A DNA stretch of 64,000 nt from Roseisolibacter agri (GCF_030159095.1 NZ_BRXS01000004.1:179673-243672), one strand, 5' to 3'. Shown: positions 23,615 through 33,697, counted from the first letter of the stretch. Numbers and translations are program-made. Notes: generated by a model not told the origin, from the letters alone.

Positions 23615-25525
23615 TCACGGCACCACCAGATCGCCCGACTCGTCCAGCCGCAGGACCTCCCAGTCGTCGCTGGCCACGATCTGCGCGTCGATGCCCGTCA
23701 GCGCCCACCCGACGCGGTACAGCGCGCCCGACCGGGGGAAGGTCGCCGTGCCGATGGCGGTCCATGCGCTGCCGTTCCAGAGGCGGAGCGTCGCGGTGCC
23801 GGTGGTGCTGCTGCTCGAGCCGTCCCCGTCCAGGTCGATGACCAGCTCGAAGCGCTGCTTCACGTTCCGGGTCCAGGTCGCGGTCGTGAGCGGAAGGTCG
23901 TTCTGGTCGACCGGGACGCCGAACTGGATGGGACCGGAGAATGCGTTGACGCCGTTCGCGAACCGCACGCGCACGAGCGTGTCCGCGAGCACGCCGGTCG
24001 ACGACGCGGAGTAGAGGTCGAAGTTGACCTTGAACGCACGGGGGCTGGTGATCGCCGACGTCCACCGGACCCGGTACGTGCCCACCGACGAGAGGGGCGT
24101 GGCGCCGCTCGTGCCACCGTAGACGAACAGGTTGCCCAGCAGCGAGAGACCCACACGCCCGCCAGCCGCGCCGCCTGCCTGGTTGATCACCACCACCTTG
24201 TTCGTCGCTCCGAAGTTCGCGATGCCCTGCTGGACCGTGATCTCGCCGGGTGACTGCTGCGTCGGGAACCAGCTGCCGCGGTTCCGATCGGGGGTGTCGG
24301 GCGCCGACCCGATCACGTCGTCCTCGAAGGTGGCCTGGAAGGCGTACGGATCGGTGGGGCCGAACAGCGAGATCTCTTCGGCGAACCCGGGCAGCGTGCC
24401 GAGGCCACCATGGCCGGCGTACGCGACCGGCACGGTGAAGGCGCGCCGTGCCGCCTGCGCCAGGCGCGTGAACCAGTTGCCGGAGGCCGCACCGACGCTC
24501 GTCTCGTAGCTGTCGATCGGCGCCGTCAGCGCCTTGTCGCAGTCCGCCATGAAGAACCCATTCGGGCCGTAGACGTCGGCACCGTAGCGCGGCATGCGAC
24601 GCTGCTTCGCGAACGTCTGCGCGCCCGAGAGCTGTGCGAGCTTGCCACGGCGCGTGACGATGGTGCTCGGCGGCGGTCCGGGGATGGTGAGCGACACGGA
24701 GTCCGTCAGGTACTCGACCTGGTCGGCGAGCACGTCGTCATCCGCGATGCACACCTGCACGAGCGCTCGTGGGCCGCCAGTCGCCGCGAACTGGAACGAC
24801 GATCCGGCCTTGGGGTCCACCGAGATCTCGACGCACTGGCCCAGCACGTCCTGCGCGTTCGCCGCGCCGAAGGGTTCGCAGTTGGCGGGGAATCCCGAGA
24901 CGACGTACCGGGAATCATCCCCGGTCCGCGGCGGCAGCGCGTTCGGGTAGATCTTGATCCCGCTGGTGCGATCGGACGCCATCAGCTCGCACCCGCTCGC
25001 GTCGCAGACGCCGAAGAAGCCCTGGCGCTCGAACACGTCGCTCGCGTAGATGCCCGTCGCGAGCGTGCGACCGAGGTAGGGCAGCAGATAGCCGGTGTAC
25101 CGGAACACCGTCACGAGATGCGCGTGCAGCGCCTTGCTCCGCACCCGGTTGGCGGCGCTCGGTACGACGAAGCCGCGCGCGCGGTAGTCCTCCACCGCGA
25201 CGACGTAGTTCATCAGCCGGCGCGTGCGCTCGGCGGGAACGTCCGGGGCGGGCGTGGTCGTCGTGCAGACGGCCCGGATGTCCGCGAGGAGCCGCTTCGC
25301 CGCCGACTGCACCCGGCTCGCGAACAGCGCCTCCACCTGCGCGACGGCCGTCGCGTAGTCGCTGGCCGCGCATGCGGGCTGGACGTCCGCGGCGGTGAGC
25401 CGACGAGGTGGGCCGAGCGTCGTCGCGTCACGCGGCGGAGTGGTGGTGCGCGGCTGGTCGCCGCACGCGGCGGCCAGCAGGAGGACGAAGGCGGCGGCGA
25501 TCCGCTGGGACGAGGGTCGGGACAC
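23615..25525 (-). CDS. large lipoprotein of unknown function
   Basis: 3' 636 codons of table ORF 23615..27169, from GTG at 25525: VSRPSSQRIAAAFVLLLAAACGD (lipobox), many Cys pairs, Gly/Thr-rich C-terminal beta-rich domain. The upstream part of the table ORF is antisense to the kinase gene. Confidence 0.6.
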   Translation of the reverse strand: MSRPSSQRIAAAFVLLLAAACGDQPRTTTPPRDATTLGPPRRLTAADVQPACAASDYATAVAQVEALFASRVQSAAKRLLADIRAVCTTTTPAPDVPAERTRRLMNYVVAVEDYRARGFVVPSAANRVRSKALHAHLVTVFRYTGYLLPYLGRTLATGIYASDVFERQGFFGVCDASGCELMASDRTSGIKIYPNALPPRTGDDSRYVVSGFPANCEPFGAANAQDVLGQCVEISVDPKAGSSFQFAATGGPRALVQVCIADDDVLADQVEYLTDSVSLTIPGPPPSTIVTRRGKLAQLSGAQTFAKQRRMPRYGADVYGPNGFFMADCDKALTAPIDSYETSVGAASGNWFTRLAQAARRAFTVPVAYAGHGGLGTLPGFAEEISLFGPTDPYAFQATFEDDVIGSAPDTPDRNRGSWFPTQQSPGEITVQQGIANFGATNKVVVINQAGGAAGGRVGLSLLGNLFVYGGTSGATPLSSVGTYRVRWTSAITSPRAFKVNFDLYSASSTGVLADTLVRVRFANGVNAFSGPIQFGVPVDQNDLPLTTATWTRNVKQRFELVIDLDGDGSSSSTTGTATLRLWNGSAWTAIGTATFPRSGALYRVGWALTGIDAQIVASDDWEVLRLDESGDLVVP

Positions 25526-25611
25526 GAGGTCTCTCCGCGCTACGAGGTTCGCGGCGGACAGGGTGTCCGCCGTGCGCTCCGAGCGTGCCGCGCCCCGACG
25601 TCGGTGGCGCG

Positions 25612-28149
25612 CTATCGAGCAGCGCCGACCAGCGCGGTGAAGCGCGGGTCGGCGCGCATGCCGCGCCACCACCACGAGCCCTGCGGCGACGCGAAGCCGC
25701 CGCGGTGCTCGGGGTGCGCCAGCAGGTACTGCTTCAGCAGATCGAGCGCAACGTCGCGCTCGCCCAGCAGGTCGCGCACGAACGCCTCGACGGTGAGCAG
25801 CTCGCGGTCCGGATCGACGTGCGCGTCGGCGCGCGCGGCCCGCAGCACGCGGTCGGCGCTGTCGCGCAGCCCTGCGCGGCCGATCGCCGCACCCACCAGC
25901 ATCTGCGCCTCGCGCCCGACGTAGCTCCACTGGCCCTCGGGCGTCAGGCGCTGCAGGTCGGCGCGCAGCCGCCACGCCGCCGCGGCGTCGGGCGTGCGCG
26001 CGTCCGTCGTGAACAGCCACAGCTGGCAGCGCACGAACAGGTGGCTGTCCGGGAACCGCCGACGCCCCTCGTCGCACCAGTGCGCCGCGTCCACGAAGCT
26101 CTCGCCGTCGTACGCCGTCGTGTACAGGCGCCAGAGGATGCGGTCCGCGTCCGCGAGGTAGGCGTCCTCCTCGTAGGCGCGGCGCGCGGCCAGCGTCGCC
26201 TCGATGAGGTTCGGCTTCTGGTAGTAGACGCTGGCCAGCGCGCTCCACGCCGCCGCGTCGTGCGGGTCGAGCTCCGTCGCCTGCTTCAGGTCGCGCTCCG
26301 CATCGGTGAGCAGCGCGCGCGCGGCGCGCGCGTCGGGCTCCAGATGCCGCGCCCACCGTTCGAGCCGGAGCTGGCCGCGCAGCGCGAGCGCGGCGGGGTG
26401 CCGCGCGTCGAGCGCGAGCGCCTCGTCGGCCAGCCGAAGCCCGGCGTCGGTCCAGCGCACGGCCGCGACCGCGCTGCCGAGGCGCGACAGCCGCAGCGCC
26501 GTCTGGCCGCGCTGCACCACGGGCTCGGGCCACGCTGCGTCGCGCGTCGCGGCGTTCGCCAGGAGCGAGTCCGCGCGCAGGTACGCCGCCGTCGCGCCCA
26601 CGGTGTCGCCGCCGCGCGAGAGCTCCGTTCCGCGCTTCGCCAGCCGCTCGGCCTGCAGCGCCATCGTCCACGCGCCCTCGTCGGCGGTGCCGCGCTGCAC
26701 GGCGCGCACGCGCACCTCCTCGCCCACGCGCGAGCGCAGGAAGCGCGCGACCTGCTCCACCAGGCTGTCGCGCGCCGCGAGCGCGCGCGCCGCCGGCACC
26801 GTGAAGCTCGCGCGCTTGGTGTCCGCGCCGCTCGCGCCGTCCACCAGCCGCACGGTCACGCGCAGCGATCCACCGCGCGACTCGACGGCGCCGAGGACCA
26901 GCGTGCCCGCCTTCAGCGCCGCGGCGACCGAGTCGGGCGCCGCCGTCGCGCCGCGGAACGCCGCCACGCCGTTGCGCGACACGACGTCGAGCGCCGCGAC
27001 GCCGCGCAGCTGGTCGATCAGCGACTCGGTGAGGCCGTCCGCGACCGCGCCGAGCGAGCCGTCCGGGCTCAGGTCGTCGAAGTACAGCACGCCGAGCCGC
27101 TGCGGGGGCAGCGCGTCGGCCGTCGTCGCCCCGAGCGCGCGCGCGTCGCCGTTGGCGAGCAGCCACCACGCGCCGGCGGCACCCGCGGCGGCGAGGATGC
27201 CGACCAGCGCGACGGCGGCCGCCATGCGCAGCGTCCGCACCTTCCGGCCGACCGGCTTCCGCCGGCGCGACCGGTTGCGGCGGTCCGCGCGGCCGAGCGA
27301 GCGCCCCGCCGTGGCCAGCGAGTGCTCCAGCGCCTCCGCGAACTCGAGCGCGCTCGCGAACCGGTCCGCCGGCACCTTCGCGAGCGCGCGCAGCACGGCG
27401 TCCTCGATCTCGTCGGGCACCGTGCCGCGCACGACGGTGATGGACGGGACGTCGCCGAGCATCTGCCGCGCGATGATCGCCTGCGCGGTCGGGCCCGCGA
27501 ACGGCGGCTGGCCCACCAGCATCTCGTACAGCACGCAGCCCAGGCTGTACACGTCGCTGCGGCCGTCGAGCGTGCGGTCGGCCATCGCCTGCTCGGGGCT
27601 CATGTAGACCGGCGTGCCGAGCGTGACGCCCGTCTGCGTGAGCCGCCGCTCCTCGGCGCCGCTGATCGCGTGCGCGATGCCGAAGTCCGCGAGCCGCGCC
27701 TCGCCGTCCTCGAGCAGGATGTTGTCGGGCTTCACGTCGCGATGGATCACGCCGTGCCGGTGGGCGTGGTCGAGCGCGCGCGCCACCTGGCAGGTGATCC
27801 GCACCGCCTCCTCGACGCCCAGCATGCCGACCGCGTGGAGCTTCGCGGCGAGCGTCTCGCCGGCGACGTACGGCATGACGAAGAACAGCGTCCCGTCCGC
27901 GCCGCCGAAGTCGTCGATCGGCAGGATGTGCGGGTGGCTGAGCCGCGACGCGATGTCGATCTCACGGCGGAAGCGCTCGATGCCCAGCGCGGCGCCCAGC
28001 TCCGGGTGCAGCACCTTCACGGCCACGTCGCGTCCCAGGCGCACGTCGTGCGCGAGGTACACGGTCGCCATGCCGCCGCGCCCCAGCTCGCGATCGAGCT
28101 GATAGCGCTCGCCCAGTGCCGTCTGCAGATCCGCGGCGCCCGTCGTCAT
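25612..28149 (-). CDS. Ser/Thr protein kinase with TM segment and large C-terminal TPR-like region
   Basis: Start MTTGAADLQTALGERYQLDRELGRGGMATVYLAHD at 28149. HRDVKPDNILL, DFGIA, GTPVYMSPEQ. TM AAVALVGILAAAGAAGAWWLL. Helical-repeat C-terminus. Confidence 0.9.
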   Translation of the reverse strand: MTTGAADLQTALGERYQLDRELGRGGMATVYLAHDVRLGRDVAVKVLHPELGAALGIERFRREIDIASRLSHPHILPIDDFGGADGTLFFVMPYVAGETLAAKLHAVGMLGVEEAVRITCQVARALDHAHRHGVIHRDVKPDNILLEDGEARLADFGIAHAISGAEERRLTQTGVTLGTPVYMSPEQAMADRTLDGRSDVYSLGCVLYEMLVGQPPFAGPTAQAIIARQMLGDVPSITVVRGTVPDEIEDAVLRALAKVPADRFASALEFAEALEHSLATAGRSLGRADRRNRSRRRKPVGRKVRTLRMAAAVALVGILAAAGAAGAWWLLANGDARALGATTADALPPQRLGVLYFDDLSPDGSLGAVADGLTESLIDQLRGVAALDVVSRNGVAAFRGATAAPDSVAAALKAGTLVLGAVESRGGSLRVTVRLVDGASGADTKRASFTVPAARALAARDSLVEQVARFLRSRVGEEVRVRAVQRGTADEGAWTMALQAERLAKRGTELSRGGDTVGATAAYLRADSLLANAATRDAAWPEPVVQRGQTALRLSRLGSAVAAVRWTDAGLRLADEALALDARHPAALALRGQLRLERWARHLEPDARAARALLTDAERDLKQATELDPHDAAAWSALASVYYQKPNLIEATLAARRAYEEDAYLADADRILWRLYTTAYDGESFVDAAHWCDEGRRRFPDSHLFVRCQLWLFTTDARTPDAAAAWRLRADLQRLTPEGQWSYVGREAQMLVGAAIGRAGLRDSADRVLRAARADAHVDPDRELLTVEAFVRDLLGERDVALDLLKQYLLAHPEHRGGFASPQGSWWWRGMRADPRFTALVGAAR

Positions 28150-28336
28150 GCCGACTCCTGGCTGCGGGCCGGAGCCCCAGCGGCGCGCGCGGGACGCGTC
28201 GGGCGTCGGGCCGCGGCGCGCGGTGAGGCTCGGTGATCGCCGCACCAAACAGGGGGCGGCCTTGCGAAGGTAGGAAGCGTGCGAGAGCCTGTCCATAGCG
28301 CGAACGCCCGCGGTGCGCACGCGCTAGATTCGTGAA

Positions 28337-28416
28337 CGAACCGTTCGCCTCGATCCCGCGCCACGCTGCACCACGCTGCAGCACGCCGTCACACGCTGCA
28401 TCACGCCGCGCCACGC
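28337..28416 (+). promoter_or_regulatory. sdaAB leader: small palindrome plus six tandem 10-bp repeats CACGCYGCRN abutting the start codon
   Basis: cgaaccgttcg palindrome at 28339-28349. Units cacgctgcac, cacgctgcag, cacgccgtca, cacgctgcat, cacgccgcgc, cacgc(atg) from 28361 to 28416. Confidence 0.4.
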
Positions 28417-29091
28417 ATGGTCTCGCTCCTCGACATCATCGGCCCCGTCATGGTGGGGCCATCCAGCAGTCACACCGCCGGCGCCTGTCGGCTCGGGCTC
28501 CTCGCGCGCTGCCTCGTGGGCGGCACTCCCGAGCACGCGCGGATCGAGCTGCACGGCTCGTTCGCGCGCACCGGTGAGGGCCACGGCACCGACAAGGCGA
28601 TCGTCGGCGGCCTGATGGGCTTCCGCCCCGACGACGAGCGCCTGCGCACGGCGCTCGACATCGCCGATCGCGAGGGCCTCGACTTCCGCTTCGAGAAGAC
28701 GACGCTCGGCGAGGAGAGCGAGGTGCACCCGAACACGGTGCGCTTCACCGTCGCGCGCGGCCAACGCGAGAGCGTGATGGTCGGCTCGTCGCTCGGCGCG
28801 GGGCGCGTGCTCGTCACCGAGATCGACGGCTACCCGGTCGAGGTCACCGGCAACTACCACACGATCGTGCTCGTGGCCGAGGACGTGAAGGGCTCCATCG
28901 CGCGCATCGCGACCATCCTGTCCGAGCACAGCCTGAACATCGCGACGCTCAAGGTCTCGCGGCGGCAGCGCGGCGGCGACGCGTTCATGGTGTTCGAGAT
29001 CGACGAGGCGCCCGACGAGCGCGTGCGCGACGAGATCCGCACGCTGCCCTGGGTGCGCTGGGCGTTCCGGCTGGACAAGGTCGGGGCCTGA
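28417..29091 (+). CDS. sdaAB: L-serine dehydratase, iron-sulfur-dependent, beta subunit
   Basis: MVSLLDIIGPVMVGPSSSHTAGA..., C-terminal ACT-like domain. Confidence 0.9.
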   Translation: MVSLLDIIGPVMVGPSSSHTAGACRLGLLARCLVGGTPEHARIELHGSFARTGEGHGTDKAIVGGLMGFRPDDERLRTALDIADREGLDFRFEKTTLGEESEVHPNTVRFTVARGQRESVMVGSSLGAGRVLVTEIDGYPVEVTGNYHTIVLVAEDVKGSIARIATILSEHSLNIATLKVSRRQRGGDAFMVFEIDEAPDERVRDEIRTLPWVRWAFRLDKVGA

Positions 29092-29126
29092 GGCCGGCGG
29101 CACGGGCGCGCGGTCTGCGCAGCTCG

Positions 29127-29158
29127 GGACGGCCCGCGTCGATCGACGCGGGCCGTCC
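29127..29158. terminator. 32-nt perfect palindrome between sdaAB and the inserted GT2 gene
   Basis: ggacggcccgcgtcgatcgacgcgggccgtcc. Confidence 0.4.
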
Positions 29159-29177
29159 GCGTTCCGAGCCTGCCCGC

Positions 29178-30113
29178 ATGCCCGATCGCGCCCCACGCGT
29201 GTCCGTCGTCGTCGCCGCCTTCGTCGCCACCGCGCGGCAGGCGCGGCTGCTGGACGAGACGCTCGCCACCGTCGACGCGCAGGAGCATCGCCCGCACGAG
29301 CTGCTCGTCGTGGACGACGGGTCGCCGCTGCCGGTGGCGCCCCTCGTCGCGCGCCACGCGCGGGCGCGCTGCCTGCGCCAGGACAACGCCGGGCCGGCGG
29401 TCGCGCGCAACGTGGGCGTGCGGGAGAGCGCGGGAGATCTCCTCGTGTTCCTGGATGCCGACGACCATCTGCATCCGCACGCGCTCACGGCGGGGCTGCG
29501 CGCCCTCGACGCGCGCCCCGAGTGCGTGATGGTGGTCGGCCCGCGCGACGAGATGTGCCACGACGGTCGGCCGACCGACTTCGTGCCCGTCCTGCCTCCG
29601 GTCGACCGCGACCTGTACGCGGTGCTGCTCGACTTCACGTGGTACGTCATCCCGCCGTCCAGCTGCATGGTGCGCCGCGCGGCGTTCGACGCGGTGGGCG
29701 GCTTCCGCGATCCGTGGGGCGCGGACGACCTGGACTTCTACCTGCGCGTGGTGCGGCACGGGCCGGTCTGGTGCTACGGTGGTCCGCCCGTCACGCGCTA
29801 CCGTCGGTATCCCGAGAGCTCGTCGCGCGACGGCGCCCGCATGCTCCACAGCGTGCGCGTGGTGTACGAGCGGCAGCGGCCGATCGTGGCCGGTGACCCG
29901 GTGCTGGAGGCGGCCTTCGCGCGCGGGCTCGCGCGGCTGACCGACATCTTCCAGCGCGCGCTGATCGAGAACGTCGCCGTTCGCCTGGCCGCCGGGGACC
30001 GCGACGCGGCGCTCGCCAGCGCGCGGCTGCTGGAGCAGGAGAACCCCGCGCTGGCCGCCGCGGCGCTGGACCCGGCGCTCCGTCGCGCGGCAGGCGCGCG
30101 CGCCACTGGCTGA
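29178..30113 (+). CDS. family 2 glycosyltransferase
   Basis: VSVVVAAF...LLVVDDGS...DADD GT-A fold motifs. Confidence 0.75.
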   Translation: MPDRAPRVSVVVAAFVATARQARLLDETLATVDAQEHRPHELLVVDDGSPLPVAPLVARHARARCLRQDNAGPAVARNVGVRESAGDLLVFLDADDHLHPHALTAGLRALDARPECVMVVGPRDEMCHDGRPTDFVPVLPPVDRDLYAVLLDFTWYVIPPSSCMVRRAAFDAVGGFRDPWGADDLDFYLRVVRHGPVWCYGGPPVTRYRRYPESSSRDGARMLHSVRVVYERQRPIVAGDPVLEAAFARGLARLTDIFQRALIENVAVRLAAGDRDAALASARLLEQENPALAAAALDPALRRAAGARATG

Positions 30114-30153
30114 CCGCCCCGCCGTCGCGCGCGTCCACGATTACCATTCGGGC

Positions 30154-31038
30154 ATGTATCGCTCCCTCGCCGAAGCCGTCCGCGACGCCGAAGCGCGCGG
30201 CGTCTCGCTCTCGCACGTCGCGCTCGAGTCCGAGAGCGCCGACTCCGGACGCTCCGTGGCCGACATCCGCGACGCGCTGTCGCGCGCGCTGGCCGTCATG
30301 CGCGGCGCCGTCGCGCAGGGGATGACGGGCGACCTGCGTTCCAGCTCGGGTCTCGTCGGCGGCGACGCGGCCAAGCTGCGCACCGGTCCCGATGGCCCGC
30401 TCGCCGGCACGCCGTTCCGCGACGTGCTCGCGCGCGCCCTCGCGGTGCAGGAGGTCAACGCCGCCATGGGCGTGATCGTCGCCGCGCCGACCGCCGGCGG
30501 CGCGGGCGTGCTGCCCGCGGTGCTCACCGGGCTGGCGGACGCGCGTGGCATCCCCGACGAGCGCGTGATCGACGCGCTGGCGACGGCGGGCCTCGTCGGC
30601 GCGGTGGTCGCCGACCGCGCGTCGCTCTCGGGCGCGGAGGGCGGCTGTCAGGCGGAGACGGGCGCCGCCGCCGGCATGGCCGCGGGCGCCGCGGTCGAGA
30701 TGCTCGGCGGCACGCCACGGCAGGCGCTGCACGCGGTCGCGCTGGCGCAGCAGGGGACGCTGGGCCTCGTCTGCGATCCGCTCGGCGGCCTGGTCGAGCT
30801 GCCGTGCGTCTTCCGCAACGCCACGGGCGCGGCGATCGCGATGGCGGCGATCGAGATGGCGCTCGCGGGCATCGAGTTCGCGATCCCCGCCGACGAGGTC
30901 ATCGACACGATGGGTGAGATCGGCCGCTCGATGGACGTCCGCTATCGCGAGACGGCGGGCGGCGGGCTGGCCGCGACGCCGACGGGCCGACGCCTGGCCC
31001 GCGAGCGGCTCGTGCAGATCAAGAAGAGCGCGGACTGA
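30154..31038 (+). CDS. sdaAA: L-serine dehydratase, iron-sulfur-dependent, alpha subunit
   Basis: 294 aa; ...SSSGLVGGDAAKL..., Cys-containing CQAETGAAAG, typical SdaAA length. Confidence 0.85.
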   Translation: MYRSLAEAVRDAEARGVSLSHVALESESADSGRSVADIRDALSRALAVMRGAVAQGMTGDLRSSSGLVGGDAAKLRTGPDGPLAGTPFRDVLARALAVQEVNAAMGVIVAAPTAGGAGVLPAVLTGLADARGIPDERVIDALATAGLVGAVVADRASLSGAEGGCQAETGAAAGMAAGAAVEMLGGTPRQALHAVALAQQGTLGLVCDPLGGLVELPCVFRNATGAAIAMAAIEMALAGIEFAIPADEVIDTMGEIGRSMDVRYRETAGGGLAATPTGRRLARERLVQIKKSAD

Positions 31039-31060
31039 GTCGCGCCGTCACACGAAGCGA

Positions 31061-31094
31061 CGCGGGGCCGGCGGTGAGATCCGCCGGCCCCGCG
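31061..31094. terminator. GC-rich hairpin between convergent sdaAA and flotillin
   Basis: cgcggggccggcgg-tgagat-ccgccggccccgcg. Confidence 0.45.
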
Positions 31095-31117
31095 TAGTCT
31101 GGCGATCGTCGCGCGTG

Positions 31118-32884
31118 TCAGTCGCCGCTGGTCTCGCTCACCGGCTGCGCGGCCGCCACCTGCGCGGTCGGCGACGCGGGCGTCGCGACCGTCGGCGGCA
31201 CCACGGCAGGCGGCGTCACGCCGTCGCCCTGCATCGTGCCCAGGAAGCCCGGCACCTCCACGCCCGCGATGTCGCGCAGCACCTGCATCATCGGCGGCAT
31301 CGAGCGCGCGAGGTTCTGGATGAAGCCGGCCGAGCCGCCCACCGCGGCACCGTTGCCGCTCGCGTTGCCGCCCTCCCACACCACGACCTTGTCGAACCGG
31401 ATGTTCGAGATCGCCCTCGCCGCCGTCTCCGCCAGCTGCGGGAGCTGCTCGACCATCATCAGCTGGAACGCCGCCTTCGGGTCGCCGCCGGCCGCCTCCA
31501 CCATCCGCGCCATCGCCTCGGCCTTCTTGCTCATGATCTCGTACTGGCCCTTCGCCTCGGCCTCCAGCGTCGCGTAGCGCGCGGCCGCCTCGGCCAGCGC
31601 GGCGATGCGCGCCTTCTCGGCCTCGGCCTCCGCCTCGACGATCGTGCGCGCCTTCTCGGCCTTCGCGGGCGCCTCCAGGCGCGCGCGCTGCTCGGCCTCC
31701 ACGCGCTCCGCCTCGGCCAGCGCGGCGCGCGCCATCGCGCGGTTCTGTGCCTCCTGCACGGCCGCCTCCGCCTCACGCTTGCGCGTCTCCGAGGTCTGGT
31801 AGGCCTCGGCGTTCGTCACCGCGAGCGCGGCGTTGGTCGTCGCGATGCGCCCCTGCGCATCCGCCTCGCCGGCGATCGCCTGCGCGTTCGCCTCGGCGAT
31901 CGCGACGCGCTTCTTCTGGTCGGCCGCGGCCACCGCCGCCTCGCGCTCGAAGCCCGCGGTCTGCTCGGCGATGCGCTGCTCCTTGTCCAGCTGCGCGATG
32001 CGGATGGCCTGCGTGCGCTGCGCCTCCTTCACCTGCGCGTCGCGCTCCAGCCCCGCCGTCTGCTCGCCGACCGCCTGCTCCTTGTCCAGCTCCGCCAGGC
32101 GCACCGCCTGCTCGCGCAGCGTCTCGCGGAGCGAGATCTCGCGCTCCTTCTCGGCCTGCGCGACCGCGGTCACCTTCTCACGGTCGGCCTGCGCCACGCG
32201 GATCTCTCCGAGCTTCTCCTGCTCCGCCACGTCGCCGCGCGCCTGCTGGATGGCCTGCTGCGCCGCCTGCTTGCCGAGCGCCTCCAGGTAGCCCGAGGCG
32301 TCGCGCAGGTCCTTGATGTTCACGTTCAGCAGCACGAGGCCGATCTTGCGCAGCTCGGGCTCCAGCTGGTGCTGCACCTTGTGCAGGAAGCCGTCGCGGT
32401 CGCGGTTGATCTCGTCGATCTTCATCGACGCGATGACGGCGCGCAGCTGGCCGACGATGATGTCGTGCGCCGTCCCCTCGATCGCCTCGTGCGTCATGTT
32501 GAGCAGGCGGATCGCGGCGTTCTGCCGCACCTCCGGCTCGGTGCCGATGGCGACGGTGAACACGGCCGGCACGCTGATGCGGATGTTCTCCAGCGACAGC
32601 GCGTCGCCGAGCGGCACGTCCATGCGGATCGGGTCGAGCCCGAGGTACGCGTACTCCTGGATCACCGGCCACACGAAGGCGCCGCCGCCCGAGATGCACT
32701 TGGCCGCGTTGCCGCTGCCCACGCTCCCCGAGATGACGAGGATCTTGTTCGCCGGGCACCGCTTGTAGCGGCTGGCGAACAGCACGAGCATGCCGAACAC
32801 CAGCAGCGCCGCCAGCGCGCCGCCACCGAGGGCGAACGCGTTCTTCGGCAGGGAATCGGCGAGCTGCAACAGGGCCAGGATCAC
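31118..32884 (-). CDS. flotillin-like SPFH/band-7 protein (YqiK/FloA type)
   Basis: N-terminal TM, SPFH domain, long Ala/Glu/Gln-rich coiled coil (EAEAEKARIAALAEA...), C-terminal Pro/Thr tail. Confidence 0.85.
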   Translation of the reverse strand: MILALLQLADSLPKNAFALGGGALAALLVFGMLVLFASRYKRCPANKILVISGSVGSGNAAKCISGGGAFVWPVIQEYAYLGLDPIRMDVPLGDALSLENIRISVPAVFTVAIGTEPEVRQNAAIRLLNMTHEAIEGTAHDIIVGQLRAVIASMKIDEINRDRDGFLHKVQHQLEPELRKIGLVLLNVNIKDLRDASGYLEALGKQAAQQAIQQARGDVAEQEKLGEIRVAQADREKVTAVAQAEKEREISLRETLREQAVRLAELDKEQAVGEQTAGLERDAQVKEAQRTQAIRIAQLDKEQRIAEQTAGFEREAAVAAADQKKRVAIAEANAQAIAGEADAQGRIATTNAALAVTNAEAYQTSETRKREAEAAVQEAQNRAMARAALAEAERVEAEQRARLEAPAKAEKARTIVEAEAEAEKARIAALAEAAARYATLEAEAKGQYEIMSKKAEAMARMVEAAGGDPKAAFQLMMVEQLPQLAETAARAISNIRFDKVVVWEGGNASGNGAAVGGSAGFIQNLARSMPPMMQVLRDIAGVEVPGFLGTMQGDGVTPPAVVPPTVATPASPTAQVAAAQPVSETSGD

Positions 32885-32923
32885 GGGGACTGCTCCGGGT
32901 GAGGAAAGGAGGACGCGCGCCGG

Positions 32924-33493
32924 TCAGCGCGCGGGACCAGCTGTCGGATCGGGGGCGACGACCAGCGTGTCGCCGTCGGTGACGTCCACCACGACGACGG
33001 CCTGACCGCTCGCCAGCGGCTGCGGATCGGCGGCGACGGCCGCGCAGTCGACGATGCGCCCCTGCAGCGCGAGCTGCACCTTGCCCGCGCCGCCGCCCGC
33101 GGCAGGGATCGCGACGTACACGGTGGCGGGCAGCCCCACCGCGTGCGCCAGCTGCACGACGCCGTCGCTCTCGAAGCGCAACAGCACGCGCGTCAGCGCC
33201 GCGACGGCCACGCCGGCGGCGACGCCGGTGCCCACCGCCGCGGCGAGCGACACGCCGCTCCCCGCGCCCGCGGCCAGCAGCCCCGCGCCCGCGAGCCCGA
33301 ACGCCGCCAGCGCGGCCGCGACGGTGCGCAGGCTCGGGAGCTGGAGCAGCCCCTCGTGTCCGAGCAGCCCTGGCCCGTCGTGGTGGTCGCCGCCGACGTC
33401 GTGGTGGCCGGCCTCCGCGCCCATGACGCCGCCCAGCAGCTGGAGGACGAGCAGCAGGCCGCCGAAGACGGCGCACGCGAGATAGAGGGGCAT
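32924..33493 (-). CDS. NfeD-like membrane protein (YqiJ type) upstream of flotillin
   Basis: 3' part of table ORF 32924..35068: MPLYLACAVFGGLLLVLQLLG..., His-rich loop, C-terminal OB-like ...GQAVVVVDVTDGDTLVVAP. Confidence 0.7.
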   Translation of the reverse strand: MPLYLACAVFGGLLLVLQLLGGVMGAEAGHHDVGGDHHDGPGLLGHEGLLQLPSLRTVAAALAAFGLAGAGLLAAGAGSGVSLAAAVGTGVAAGVAVAALTRVLLRFESDGVVQLAHAVGLPATVYVAIPAAGGGAGKVQLALQGRIVDCAAVAADPQPLASGQAVVVVDVTDGDTLVVAPDPTAGPAR

Positions 33494-33697
33494 CGGGAGG
33501 GGGCGGGGGGACGAGCAGGGGCGGCGGCAAGATGCGACGCCGCGCACGTGGCGGCCAGACGTTTCCTCCGCCGCTCGCCCCTGCTGTCCGCCCTCGCGAC
33601 GGGCCCTTAACTTCGACGTCGCGCTCGTCGCCCCCGGCGAAACCGCGGTCCCCGGCTCGACCGTAGGGCGAGCGACCCCCCAACTACAGGTGCCCGC

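Noticed and set aside
25408-28236. 942-aa plus-strand ORF opposite the Ser/Thr kinase
   Set aside because: Antisense to a kinase with a complete motif set; product is low-complexity.
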